Positions 44,161-57,624 of a DNA stretch of 64,000 nt are shown piece by piece. Position 1 is the stretch's first letter, and every line of letters begins with the position of its first letter. The stretch is from Octopus sinensis. Lineage: Eukaryota. Below the pieces are notes generated by a model that made no database searches, was not told where the DNA came from, and saw nothing but the letters and a program-made list of their open reading frames with translations. A program made the position numbers and the translations under genes. The stretch covers positions 71,982,001 through 72,046,000 of the forward strand of contig NC_043000.1 in NCBI RefSeq assembly GCF_006345805.1, given 5' to 3'.

Positions 44161-45620
44161 AATATTAAAAATATAATCGTACACAACACACAAAAACCAC
44201 AATACGAAAACAGCTGTTCATGCAGGAATAAAAAATTGTGCTCGCTAAATGGAGCTTGCATGCCCGAGACCGTTATCTACGAAGCTATCGTGGACTCTAT
44301 ACCCACTAAAGACACGGTTTCGACGAAGAAATAGGTGGGCCTTACAGAGGGTAATTTCAAGGCCAGGTTCAATAACCACACATTGAGTTTTAGGCACTGG
44401 GACAAAAGGAAAACGACAAAATTATCCAATCGTATATGGTCATTAAAAGATAAAGGTGTCAGTTACAACATCCATTGGAAGGTTTTTAGCCGAATGTAAG
44501 CCCTACATCAACGGCAGCGGAAAGTGCGGTCTATGTGACATGGAAAGATGGCTCATCTGGAAAAGCAGCTTAGACCCTGCTACATGTCTAAACACAAGGA
44601 CAGAACTTTTCGGATCATGCCCACATGTGACCAAATTTTTGTTACGTTTTTGGTCCCCCCAAAACTACAGATAGAACTTGCTTTCTATGTTATGTCCACG
44701 CACAAGTTTTATTGATCTCATTATACCTATTACTTTTATTTTTCATATATTTTTATATATATATCATAGAGAATTTGGTTTATAGATATATTTTTGTACA
44801 CATAATTTTCTGTACTCTACCTTCCACCCTGCATTTTTCCTTGTGCCTATATAAACGTGTATATGGAATCATTTGTACGCGCGTGTAGATGTGTACGTCT
44901 GTGCAGGTATGTATGTATATAGATGTGTGCATGTGTGCGGGCATAAGAGTACATATATGTATAGACGTTTTTACTCAGTGTTTTTACAATTTTTCCTGTT
45001 TTTTTCTTTTTAGACGTATGTATAATCCTTTTTGTGCGTGCGCGTGTGTATGCGTATATAATTGTGTGCGGGTATGTGCATATATGGGCGTGTCTGTGTG
45101 TGCGTGCATAAGGATATGTCCGTATACGAACGTGGTTTACCCTTTGTATACTTCCTTATGCCTTTTTTCTGTATTGTTAACATTAACTCTGTTTTTTCTT
45201 GTGCTTGTGCGTATGTAGAAATATGTATGAACTTTTACGGTGCGCGTGTGTGTGTGTGGGTTTGTATGTATATGCATATACATTTGGCGAAAGATGCGAG
45301 TGAATATGCGTACGTTTTTCTAGTGATGTATGCGTACGTACGTGGGTGTGCGAGCGCACATGTGTACGTATGAACAGGCGCGCTTACGCGTATACTATTG
45401 AACATTTTACCTTACCTTAATTAGCGGTCATTCGAATAGCGCTTTTGTATAAATAGCGATCTATAACACAGTAATTTCCCTTTGTATAACGGTCTTTTTT
45501 CATAGCGTTTTCCTGATGGCCGGATAACTGAAGAGATGGTGGTGTGGATTTCCACTTCGGCATCCGAAACTTAGAGTTTTATCTTGGCTACCGAATAATT
45601 GTCACATTATATTTACAGAT
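44161..45620 (+). mobile_element. Penelope-like element 3' part (GIY-YIG, probably Naiad-type) with 3' UTR and HHR
   Basis: Manual translation from 44161: CSCRNKKLCSLNGAC..VIYEA..K*VGLTEGNFKARFNNH..SF..TKLSNRIWSLK..IHWK, frameshift, then KPY..CGLCDMER..LNTRTELFGSCPH. The element ends at (TA)n. Confidence 0.85.
45518..45589 (+). ncRNA. Type-I hammerhead ribozyme in PLE 3' region
   Basis: GGCCGGATAA-CTGAAGA-GATG..GTGG-ATTT-CCAC..CATC-C-GAA-ACT-TAG-AGT-T-TTATCTTGGCT. Confidence 0.75.
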
Positions 45621-45630
45621 ATATATATAT

Positions 45631-45920
45631 GGAGGCGCAATGGCCCAGTGGTTAGGGTAGCGGACTCGCGGTTGTAGGATTGCGGTTTCGATTCCCATGA
45701 GTGTTTATTGAGCGAAAACACCTAAAGCTCCACGAGGCTCCGATAGGGGGTGGTGCGATCCCTGCTGTACTCTTTCGCTACAACTTTGTCTCACTCTTTT
45801 TTCTGTTAGCCTGCTCGCTTAGCCAGCGGGGTGGCGTTATTTGAAGGCTAAAACAATGCGAAGCGTATTGTGACCAGCGATATGTAGCAACATCTGATAA
45901 CCTGGTCGGTCACGATGATA
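45631..45920 (+). mobile_element. SINE family A
   Basis: Homologous to the 1203 and 32341 copies, inserted in (TA)n. Confidence 0.88.
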
Positions 45921-45923
45921 ACG

Positions 45924-45989
<66 letters not shown>

Positions 45990-47324
45990 TATGTACATAT
46001 ATCAAATAGAGATAAGGGAATAAGTTTATTCTCAAATGCAGGATAATGTTAATAATAAAGCATGAACAGGATAAACTATCCATATTTTGCAGAAAAATCT
46101 GTCGTCGGCCGTCGTTGCCAGGCAATTTTTACAATAGAATGTCTTATATAAATTTATAATTATTCTATATCAGAGCATGCCTTCCTCGACAGATAGGCTT
46201 CTTAACCAGCACAGATTTGTGCAATTTTTCGCCAAAAAACTTCGTTGAGGATTTTTTTCCTTTCTAAATTATTTACATGTCTGTTCGACTGTTTGACATG
46301 ACTTTATTCATTAAAACTTCAAAAGTTCTTACAACTTTGGTCGGTGTAATGCTTTGCTTTGGATTGTTTAGTAAAAATTCCTCATTCTAATGATTTTGCT
46401 TTCATTTCGTGATAGACGGCTATCATACAGAAAATGCCAGTTTCCAAATCCTGTAAAATTAATTAAACTTTAAAACTTAGTAACATTTTTCTGCAACTTT
46501 TCTGGGATAAATAAATAACAAAATCGGATTTAAAGTGGAAAACTATTTCAATATACCAAATTTTGAAGTTTTGATGTAATTCTAAAATCTCACAATGTAT
46601 GACAGCAACAGGAAGGATACTACAGAAGTAGAGAGACAGACGTGACACACACAGATGTGACAAATAGGACGTGACACACACACACACATTTACAAATGTA
46701 CACACAGCTAATCACGAGTTTAAAATGGTGTATAGTAGACATATATGAGCATGTATGTACGTACGTATGTGTGTGTGTGTGTGTGTATGAGTGTGTTTGT
46801 GTGTGTGGGTGGGTGTCTGTGTGAGTGTCTCTTTGTGATGGATAGCAGAAAAGCTACCTACTTTATCCCTCCTTAAAGCTTCGTATTCCTCATATCCCGC
46901 TTTCTGTATGTGTGTTGTATATATGTATTTACGAAAGTATGTATGCAATGTTTCATTTATATAACAGCTGTAGTAAAGTTAGCTTCCTATTGTCACCGCT
47001 GTTCTCGCTTTCACTGATATAAGTCACCCTCTCTTTGTTACTACCCTTCCTTCAGACTAATAATTTTTGCAACCTTCTCATTTTATCATGATTTCAGATT
47101 TTTATTGAAATTCAATTAGCCTATTATTGAACTGGATGTTATTGTAACATCTATGCAAAGTTTTGTGAATATTGGTTCTCTGGTTTAGGCACTAATATGG
47201 TAATAGACAGGCAAAATATATATATGTGTGCGTGTGTGTATATGTATGTGTGTATATATATATATATGTATATATATACACACATATACATATATATATA
47301 TTTCTGTCCTTTTTTTATATATAT

Positions 47325-47392
<68 letters not shown>

Positions 47393-47818
47393 ATATATAT
47401 AGGGAGAGTTTACGAAAAAAACAAAAGACGAAGACGGGTGGTGTACAAAACAAACAGAAGTATTAGTATGACGCTCAGAAATAGAAAAAGTCTTTTACGT
47501 TTCGAGCCTACGCTCTTCTACAGAAAGGGACACAGAAAAAACAAGGACAAAAAAAATATATATGTATATGTGTATATATATATATATATACTGTTATTTC
47601 TAGTGGGTGAATGGCCTATTATGGCCGTTCCTTGATTGTGATATATATATATATATATATATATATGGCAAATGAAAGACGGAAATGGAATATACGAGAA
47701 TTTATTATTGATCATTATATATATGTTTGTCGTCACTTCAACGTTGCTGTTCCCTTCGAACGGACGTTTAATAACTAGCTTCTTGCTTTTGTATGTGTGT
47801 GTGTGTGTATCCATATAT

Positions 47819-47868
<50 letters not shown>

Positions 47869-48739
47869 CGCGCACACACACATATGCATATGCGCGCGCT
47901 GCCGCGTGTGTGAGATTCATGCCATATTTAATAGTTTGGTAAAAATTAAATTACAATGAGGAAACCTAACAAGATTGAAACATGTCCAGAATTCTCCCCG
48001 TACTTCTAATAAAGAGAATCAACCCATGTACTTTGCTTACATTCCATTATATATTAATTTAGGACTTGTGTTGTGTAACTTCTTGAAGAATAATAATGAT
48101 TAAGCTAATGCATGTTTCGTTATAAGTTTAATGAATTAAAATCTCTTGGCCCAATCTTGTGAGCACCGACCTTGCGATTTGCTTTTAAATGCAGATTGTA
48201 TTCTTAGATGTTTTCTCACTATCTTTAATTCCTGCAGTTTGTGATATTGAAAGGTCACTTGTAGAGTTCAAAATAAAATATACAAAAAAAAAAACAGTGA
48301 AAGAACACGTTAAAAACGGTCGAAAAGCCTCGCTCTAAATAAACTGCTGCATAACGTAAGCATACATTACTACCAGCGAGTCTGTTGATGCTAAATGTTA
48401 AAAACGTAATCATGTTGAAATGTCAGGTTTCAGTGAATATTCTATGTATTTTGTCGAGTAGTTATATAGCGGATCCTATAGACAGTAGGCGTCATTAATG
48501 TAAAGTAATATTTTTTGTCGTCTTAGAATTAGTAGTCGAGTGGACCTGTATAGTTTATGATAAATCTGATGTATATAAATATGTGTCCTCTATATGTGGT
48601 AGCCGAATGAGATGGCAATGAATGTTTTTGTCTTATTGTTTTGTGTATTCTAGATAAATGTAAGCGCTTTTAAAATTGGCTGATAAAATACAAGTTTATG
48701 CACAAAGAGAATCACTGGAGTTAGAAGGTGCTATGTTCA

Positions 48740-49498
48740 GCCGGGCGAAATGCGTAGCCGTATTTCGTCTGCCGTTGCGTTCTGAGTTCAACTTCCGCCG
48801 AGGTCGACTTTGCCTTTCATCCTTTCGGGGTCGATAAATTATGTACTAGTTACGCACTGGGGTCAATATAATCGACTGAATCCATTTGTCTGTCCTTGTT
48901 TGTTGCCCTCTGTGTTTAGCCCCTTGTGGGTAGTAAAGAAATAGAAATAGGCATTTCATCTGCCGCTACGTTCTGAGTTCAAATTCCGTCGAGGTCGACT
49001 TTGCTTTTTATCTTTTCGGGGTCGATTAAATAAGCACCAGTTACGTACTTGGGTCGATATAATCGACTTAATCCCTTTGTCTGTCCTAGTTTGTCCACTC
49101 TATGTTTAGCCCCTTGTGGGTAGTAAAGAAATAGGTATTTCGTCTGCCGCTACGTTCTGAGTTCAAATTCCGCCGAGGTCAACTTTGCCTTTCATGCTTT
49201 CGGGGTCGATTAAATAAGTACCAGATACGCACTTGGGTCGATATAATCGACTTAATCCGTTTGTCTGTCCTTCTTTGTCCCCTTTGTGTGTAGCCCTTTG
49301 TGGGCAGTAAAGAAATAGGTATTTCGACTGCCGCTATGTTCTGAGTTCAAATTCCGCCGAGGTCGCCTTAGCCTTTCATCCTTTCGGGGTCGACTAAATA
49401 AGTACCAGTTACGCACTGGGGTCGATGTAATCGACTTAATCCCTTTGTCTGTCCTTGTTTGTCCCCTCTATGTTTAAACCTTTGTAAAGAAATAAGAA
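48740..49498 (+). repeat. Head-to-tail tetramer of SINE family D (period about 184-191 bp)
   Basis: TATTTCGTCTGCCG-like starts at about 48761, 48952, 49136 and 49320. Each unit has the B-box-like GAGTTCAAATTCC and the core GTCGACTTTGCCTTTCATCCTTTCGGGGTCG. Confidence 0.9.
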
Positions 49499-51051
49499 AG
49501 TCCTATGTTTTGTAAAATGTAAATATAGATTGAAGTTCACGAGAAAAAAACGGAGTTTTCTTTAACTCTGGGAATTTATAGATGTTAAATTTTCGGTTGT
49601 ACATAGGGTAGGCAAACAGAGAAATAGTTTTCCAGACAATCGTTTAATGTTGTTCTTTTATAAAGTGTTTAGGATTTTATGTAAAGTTGCGAACGGGGAT
49701 AACGGAGTTAAAAGCGATGCTGATATCAAAATTTCTCATTTTCAGTAGTTATATCTTAATAAGTTAACTAAATGTCTTTAACGATCCTGTTAAGAAATGA
49801 GTGTTTGCGTACAAACATACATAGTAGATACATACATACATACATACATACATACATACATACATACATACATACATACATACATACATACAAAAATACC
49901 CTGTTGTTGATATTGAAATTCCAATGAAAGAGCCTTGGATCTAGGTTAGAAACCGGTTCTTTCTCTATTGGCAAGAAATCTTAAAATAAACTTGAAATAA
50001 CATACATAAATACATACACACATACATATAGATAATAATACTCTTATCATATTCATATATATGTATGTTCTTTGTATAGTCACGATCTGTTTGTGTTGGG
50101 TTGTCTTTTATGATATACTCGTATATATTTTGAGTACAGGACTTTCTCTATTTTAAGAGGCCACTGCTACAGTATTCCTTGTTCTTTCCCACGATCGGAA
50201 TATAATCTGATAATTGAATAAATTCGTTTTGGATATAGTTTTGATCAGGGTGTAATTGTTATGAGAATGTCGTGGATAATTATGAAGGTTTTCAATTTCA
50301 TGGAAATGATTTAAAAACTGTAAACGAATTTATTTTGTTTGTCCTTCGGTTATGGATTTTAGGAGGAAAAATTAGGATGGGACTTCCCCGCTTCTCGTTC
50401 TCAGTTTAATTTTAAAGGTACTCAAAGAAGAAGGTTATAGTATCCATTACTTTTGCAGATCTTTGAGACAAGAAACGGAAGTGGTAAATACCTATTCGAA
50501 ACATCTGCAAGTCAACGAAGGCCGAAAATGTGTAGTCCGAATGCTTGCAATAATGTGAACTGTATTTATGATACTCAGGGGCCAGAGGCATGTTTTATGA
50601 ATATTAGATGATACATACTAGTTACGCGTGGATTTAATCTCCAAGTTTTTGAACATATGTATCTATATTTAGGAGTCTTTATTCATGTCCAAACTTTACG
50701 CTGTATAGTTTGTATCGTTCACTGAAGTTTCATATGTGAATATTCTCATCTTTTTACTGTTACACAATTCACTTTCAGAAATAAATCTGTTCTAATGTGA
50801 AGATGATAACGACTAATTTAGGGGAGATTTGGTTGTTTTTCTATAACAAAATCAAAAAGACGAAACAACCACACAAGGGTTCCTTCTTAACCCAGATTCT
50901 GTTTGTTTTATAATTTCTAGATAATAGGAATGTCCACATAAAAAGTATTTATACAAACGCATTTATACACGTACATTTGTGGATATACACATACACATAC
51001 TCCTACCCCTACTTCATCTTTTCCTCTTGAGTATGTACACATGGTGCGTGA

Positions 51052-51098
<47 letters not shown>

Positions 51099-51099
51099 C

Positions 51100-51134
<35 letters not shown>

Positions 51135-51204
51135 CATAATACAAACATACATATACATATACACACACACACACACATATATATATACGTTTATATACAT
51201 CCAT

Positions 51205-51268
<64 letters not shown>

Positions 51269-51276
51269 CATACATG

Positions 51277-51348
<72 letters not shown>

Positions 51349-51349
51349 C

Positions 51350-51384
<35 letters not shown>

Positions 51385-51889
51385 ATATATATATATTATA
51401 TATATATATACATATATTATATACATATATATATATACATATATATACACGTACACACAAATATGAACATATATGCACACGCACAGAGGCATACACATAC
51501 ATACATAGATACATACATGCATGCATACATACACGCACTTATATTCACACATATTCATATGCACACATGTCTATATGCGTGTATGTGAGTCTATATAGTG
51601 ATGTCTATGTGAGTATTTACGCGTATGTGTATGATTTAAATCATCTTAGTTATTTCGAGAGAAACGGTCATAATTATAGAAATATGTATATATAAATTAT
51701 CACCCTAAAACATTTACAGATGCCTTTTACTGCCAATACCGATAAGCTGACGCAGCTGGCACATTTTATTCACAAACAGACTGATACATCCAGAATTATG
51801 TACGTATACATGTATGTACTGAGCATATAAATATTTATATCTACGTATGCCCACACACATTTATGCATGCAAATACACACACACACACG

Positions 51890-51933
<44 letters not shown>

Positions 51934-51934
51934 C

Positions 51935-51969
<35 letters not shown>

Positions 51970-52289
51970 ATATATATATATATATATGCACATTCATGAA
52001 TACATATATATGCATACATACGCACTTACATGTATGTTCATGTGTATTTATTTGTGGGTTGGAACAAATATTATTTATGCGTATGCAAAGAAAAGGGTGT
52101 AAAAAGGTGTACGCCTGTCAATTTGTCTAACGAAAATTGTTATTATTATCTTTTGACACGATATTTATTGAAAAAGGCCTTTTATTATAATCAATTATGC
52201 ACATATTTCGCAAAGTAACAACAAATATCTTATATTTATACTGTAGCCCTCTGGGAAAACACAGAAAATTTTTTGTTTAGCTGAAACTA

Positions 52290-53330
52290 TATATATATAT
52301 ATAAAAGAGATGTATCGGTCGGGAGTGGAACACGGACGGACTGCTTGAGAGGTAACCGCAGTGGATATTTTTTCTGATTTATTGATCCCTAGATGACTTA
52401 CATGCTACCACATACTGCAAACTGTAACACAATAGGTCACCCACATCTCGTACCTTATAGCTGCTATCTCCGGCGGTGCGCTTTACGTAGTCCTCAAAGA
52501 CTCAGCACGGATATAAATTATACATTTTATTACCATGAGATTATATGACCTAGAATATTCAACGAAGAATATCCCAACTCTACACGAGGATCCTGGAGGA
52601 GATGATTGACCGCGTCAGGTGAATGAGATGGAAAGCCTTTTTCTTCGACCACCTACGGAAACAAATAATTTTGGACTGAAAACCAAGAAATTCCCAACTA
52701 AGATCAAAGAACTGGAGGCCTTTAAAAACGACCATTTTGATTTTGAATCTCGCTTGAAGTTCCATAAGTCGTCTAACGCTTTCCATCATAAATTCAGAGC
52801 AGATATCCGTAAACTTAGATCTTTTCCCTATAAGACCAAAAGATCTATATAGAGTAAGTAACGATACGTATGCACAGATACTTAGCAATAGCAACACACA
52901 AACATACAGGAGGGCAGTACCCACAAGCTTATGAAAGCATTAACTGTGAGGCGAAAAATATAACAATCAAACTAGTATACAGGATAGGGGAGAGACACTG
53001 TGAAGAAAGAGGCCTTTACTACGATCAAAGACCTTAAGCTAAACTTTACTTCTAATCTCCGGTATAGGCTGATAAATCCCGCGAAGTCTGAGATCGGGCG
53101 CGTGAACAAACAGCTTATTATAAAAACAGATCAGTCGCCATATTTTCTTCCATAACCTGCAACTCTGACGAGCCAGGGTTACATAATCGGGCTGTATTTA
53201 ACATCCCGTTGAACTCCTAGTACGAAACCTATTGGTAAGATCAGCCGTAGTGGATATATAATACGGTACACCTCGATTAATATACCCAGTCTATTGACAA
53301 ATATAGGAGTGCATATTTTTCTCTGATCTA
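52290..53330 (+). mobile_element. Penelope-like element N-terminal fragment (probably Naiad-type) joined to an HHR-bearing terminal segment
   Basis: YDLEYSTKNIP, R*MRWKAFFF, FGLKTKKFP..IKELEAFKND and RLINPAKSEIGRVNK. (TA)n lies on both sides. Confidence 0.7.
53161..53241 (+). ncRNA. Type-I hammerhead ribozyme motif (long stem II, partly decayed)
   Basis: AACT-CTGACGA-GCCAGGGTT...AACTCCTAGTAC-GAA-ACC-TATT-GGT-A-AGAT. Confidence 0.6.
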
Positions 53331-53342
53331 TAAATATATATA

Positions 53343-53859
53343 TTACATGGGAAAATGCGAGCATGAAAGTAATATTCTTAAGATTATAAACCTGGAAAAG
53401 TACAGAACAAGTCATTACACCTGTAAGAGTATAGGAAAAACTATTACTTCAAGTAAAGTAAAGAATAAGAAACTTTTTACTTAAAATATTACAGCAAAGA
53501 TTGCCAGTTCTTCTAATTTATCACTCTTTACAGTTCTCATCTTTTAAATTTATTGTACAAAACTGTTCAGCTAACTTGTAAGTTTGTCTAATTAGTCACT
53601 TTTTTGTATTTCAGGTAGTAAATTAGCCAAATTCTACTTAAATAATTATAGTGTTATTTGTAAACTATAATAAAATATTTTTTAATATTCAAATTTTAAT
53701 TTTAACTGCAATATTTTTTAGTAAAACGTTTCTTATTCTTTACTTTATTTGAAGTAATTGTTTGTCCTATACTTTTACAGGTATAATAACTTGTCCTGTA
53801 CTTTTCCAGGTTTATAATCTTAAGAATATTACTTTTATGCTCGCATTTTTCCATGTAAT
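53343..53859. mobile_element. MITE/foldback element with ~160-bp imperfect TIRs
   Basis: ATTACATGGGAAAATGCGAGCAT... vs ...ATGCTCGCATTTTTCCATGTAAT. AT-rich and non-coding. Confidence 0.75.
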
Positions 53860-54853
53860 CCATGATTTTTCCAGGCATTTCTGTTATAAGATATTTAATG
53901 ATGTGCCAATTAATAATTTAGGATTTTACCTTATAAAATACTGGCTAGGGGGATAAATTGGCTGCTATTTTTAGCTTGTCGAGTGACCAGGTAGAGGCTC
54001 TTTCATTGGTTTGATTGCATGATGAGATTTTTTTTACACATATATGTATAATGTGCATATATATCATCGACAGAAGTTAGAGAGTAAGTCAAAACCTGAG
54101 AGTTTCGTGTATTGGCACTTATCAAACATGAATGTGTCCGTTGTCACTCTGTAACTAGTAACGAAATACAAAATTTTGTCAAAGACGTTAAGAGTAAACC
54201 CTGTTCTATGAGACACATTGTACCAGTATCAGAAGTTTGAAAGTGTTTAGTTTAAAAAATTAAATAATATGTACGTCTACTTGAATAGATCCAAAATGGA
54301 TAAAAAGCGAAGTCAACCTTGGTGGAATTTGAACGCAAAGAATAGGCGAAACATCGTTAAGCATTTCACACGGAGCGTTAAAGTTTCTGCCAGCTCGCCG
54401 CCTTAGGACGGAAACCTTCATTTTAGTAATATATTCTTTAATATTCTTATAGATAAGCGTTGCTCCCTTACTCTCTTACACGGAATTTCGTGGTATTTCA
54501 CCCCATAACTTTTCTTCTACTAATTTTTGTTCAACGTGACTAACGACTCTGAATTCCTCATACATTTTTCTATCATTTAAGCCTTTTATTTTAAACTTAA
54601 AAAGTTTATATTAATTTAAGGTGAATAGGTGCCTTACAGCCTCCCTTGAGGTCGCAGATATTTTGATGTAACTTTTTTTCTACTGAACCAAATCTCAAAC
54701 TATTTATGCCAAAGTGTAGCTGAGGAGGTGTCCTCTTTAAAACTGTTTGCAATTTAGTTGAGAACTGAATTACTGGTGAAGATTGGAAGCTGCTGCGATT
54801 GACGAAATATAATCAACCACCACCGTGGTTGAATGATATATATATATATATAT

Positions 54854-54895
<42 letters not shown>

Positions 54896-54897
54896 TA

Positions 54898-54928
<31 letters not shown>

Positions 54929-56151
54929 AAGTAAACGACTAACATCAATAATTACTTTTTAATACAAATAGACTGTATTCCATCTAATAGCTGTTTCTAC
55001 CTTCTACTTCCAATGTTCTATGGTATTGCCATTGAAAATTCTGGAAATACTATTCAGCATATTTGGTTATAAATCCGATGTGGAACATGGAGCTCCATCG
55101 GAGTGAAGAAAAATACATTAAAGAAAAGAAAAGAAAAGCAGAAGAGCTTCGAGAAGAAGATGAAAGGTCTAATGTAATTAAATCATACCATTTTGCATAT
55201 GTGTTGCTTCAGGACATTGAGTAAATGACTAAACTTAAAATATTGATTGGTGGGTTAATTTTTCTATCGGGGTAACAGATGTATAAGTAATACAAAAGTA
55301 AAATAAAAAAAAAAGAAATTACCATAACGGGATATGCCAATAGGTCTAGAGAAAGAGGGAGTAAGAATGCCATAACACTTAAGTAATCATAATAGTTCTT
55401 AAAATTATGTTAATAGTACTAATCAATAGTTTATCATAATAAATTACCCATAAATTAATAACAGCGGAGATTTATTATTATTCACTTACTAATATATTGT
55501 AAAGACCAACCACGTAATGCGATTGACCAAAGTCCAGCTTTCGATATAATGGTCAGTTAAATTTAAAAACAAAGCTATTAAGACCGTTATACGGGCAGGT
55601 GTAAATGGATAAATAAAGGTATAGAAAAGTAGTATATGTTGTAAAGTGACCCCCAAACCGCTTAGGACATTGTAAATAAAAATAACAAACAAACATGTAA
55701 ACAAGCACAATGCGAAGGAATGAACAACGCTCGCAGTGTCATAAAAACGCAGAGATGTCCTTATTTGGACAATTGTGAATTAAGGCGGTGGGGAAATGGA
55801 CAAATGCTTTATAAAATAGGAATGTGAAGTTAGTATACAAAGAAAGGAATTCATGAGTAGAAAAGGAAATAGGGAAGGAGGTAAAGGTGTGAACTACGGT
55901 TAAGGGGAGGCTACAGTTAAGGGGAGGTAATGACTAGGGAAGTGACATTTAGAGAATTATTATACTAACTTCTGAACTAGGGTTAACATAGGTAATTATA
56001 CTGGTAGTAAAACGGATATTTTTATCCCTTAGACGGTTATCCCAAACTCTACTGACCTATACATACATACATACATACATACATGCATACATACATACAT
56101 ACATACATACATACATACATACATACATACATACATACATACATACATACG

Positions 56152-56178
<27 letters not shown>

Positions 56179-56182
<4 letters not shown>

Positions 56183-56448
56183 AATTGCAGCGTGGAAGGT
56201 GTTTATAAGCCATTTAAGAAACACACAAAAGCCGTTCGATTCACTTCAGCACGGACTTTGTCAGTGAACAGGTCGCGGATTTTAGCGACGAAAATATTTT
56301 GACAAATTAAACTTAAATGTTGAAGTGAATCGAACGGTTTTTGTGTGTTTCTTAAATGGCTTATAAACACCTTCCACGCTGCAATTGTTTTCGTTTCAGC
56401 ACACGATCTCAGATCAAATTACTTGCTATGCGAGTACATCTCCGTAAT
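56179..56448 (+). mobile_element. PLE-like terminal fragment with 70-bp inverted copy between (TA)n tracts
   Basis: 56179-56248 is the reverse complement of 56321-56390. 56355-56448 recurs inverted at 61312-61404. Confidence 0.7.
56257..56306 (+). ncRNA. Type-I hammerhead motif with G3:C8 core swap
   Basis: TTTGTCA-GTGAACA-G-GTCGC-GGATTTTA-GCGAC-GAA-AATATT-T-TGACAAA: 7-bp stem I, 5-bp stem II, palindromic stem III. Confidence 0.65.
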
Positions 56449-56639
56449 ATATATATATATATATATATACGAGTGTGTGTGTGCGCGTGTGTGCGTGTCC
56501 TTGTGTTTGTGTTTGCTCCCCATCACCGCTTGACAAGTGGTGTTGGTGTATATACGTTCCCGTAACTTAGCGATTCGGCAAAAGGCACTTATAGAATAAG
56601 TACTATGCTTAAAAATATAAACCCTGGCGCCGACTTACA

Positions 56640-57500
56640 AATAGTAATGGAAATAACCTATCATCTTGAAATATACTACGTTTGATGTTCACTTTTCCAA
56701 GTATTTGTTTTCCTCCAATCAATTAAGTACTTCACTGTTTCATACTTACATCAGCCCTTTTCTCCATATTCTCTGACACTGTAAACATGCTCGTTGTTTT
56801 ACTAACTCAACTGTGCAGTACCATATCATATGCTTTTCTGTAATCCAACTAAGCAACATTCAATCCCGTCAATCTGCGTCTACAAATTCTAATTATCATT
56901 TTGTCAACTAATAACTGGTATTTAGTTGCCATACTTGCTTCTAATATTCTTTCTGTTCTATTGGAAGTAAACTGTTACTTTCCAGATGATCCAGATAATT
57001 ATATAATTTTTACACCAAGACATCAATCATAAGCTTCTACATAAGTAGTAAAAATGTTATACATCGAAAATTTGACACCAGTTTACCTTTCAAGTGTCCT
57101 TAGAACATAACAACGTTCATCCACTTGTATTCCAGGTAGGAACGTGTCGTTGCTGCAGGTACTCATCAAAATGTGCAGTGATCCTTTCCTGCAACTGTGT
57201 AAAATTCGTCAGCCAATAACCTTGTCCAGACATGGATGGTTGTGTTCCATTGCCTAAAATTCTACTGGTGATATAATCTAGGAAAATAGTGTCTTTTTTT
57301 GTTTTGTTAGTTTCTGAGGTCCTTTTATTGTCCAGTTAGATGTTAATGGTGGTCAGTGTTTCTCTGTTTCATAATGTTCCGTTCGAATCCAAGGAAGGAT
57401 GATTCGATCTTGTTTTTGCACAGTATTATTATTTCCAAATGCTTAATCATTATGTGTTCTCTGGATGTAATGATCTCCAGAGTTTCCTCTGGGCATAAGT
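56640..57500 (-). mobile_element. Decayed R4/Dong-like RT fragment
   Basis: Minus strand near 56820-56865 reads NVA*LDYRKAYDMV. Confidence 0.6.
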
Positions 57501-57537
57501 TACACACCATGTATGTATATATATATATGTATATGTA

Positions 57538-57624
<87 letters not shown>

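Noticed and set aside
48740-49498. Regularly spaced repeats resembling a CRISPR array
   Set aside because: The whole unit repeats with no unique spacers, the unit is a SINE found elsewhere in the window, the context is eukaryotic, and there are no cas genes.
50440-50520. TTTTGCAG|...|GTAAAT micro-exon or HHR-like GAAACATC
   Set aside because: Too short to support as an exon, and no correctly placed CUGANGA-like core.
52600-52640. In-frame TGA in a Naiad-like PLE as possible selenocysteine
   Set aside because: It falls in R*MRWKA where Arg is expected (CGA>TGA deamination), the copy has frameshifts, and no SECIS was recognisable.
55055-55225. Short open frame EEKYIKEKKRKAEELREEDER as a possible host exon
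   Set aside because: It is a low-complexity purine-rich stretch inside a (TA)n-flanked insert, with weak splice signals and no recognisable homology.
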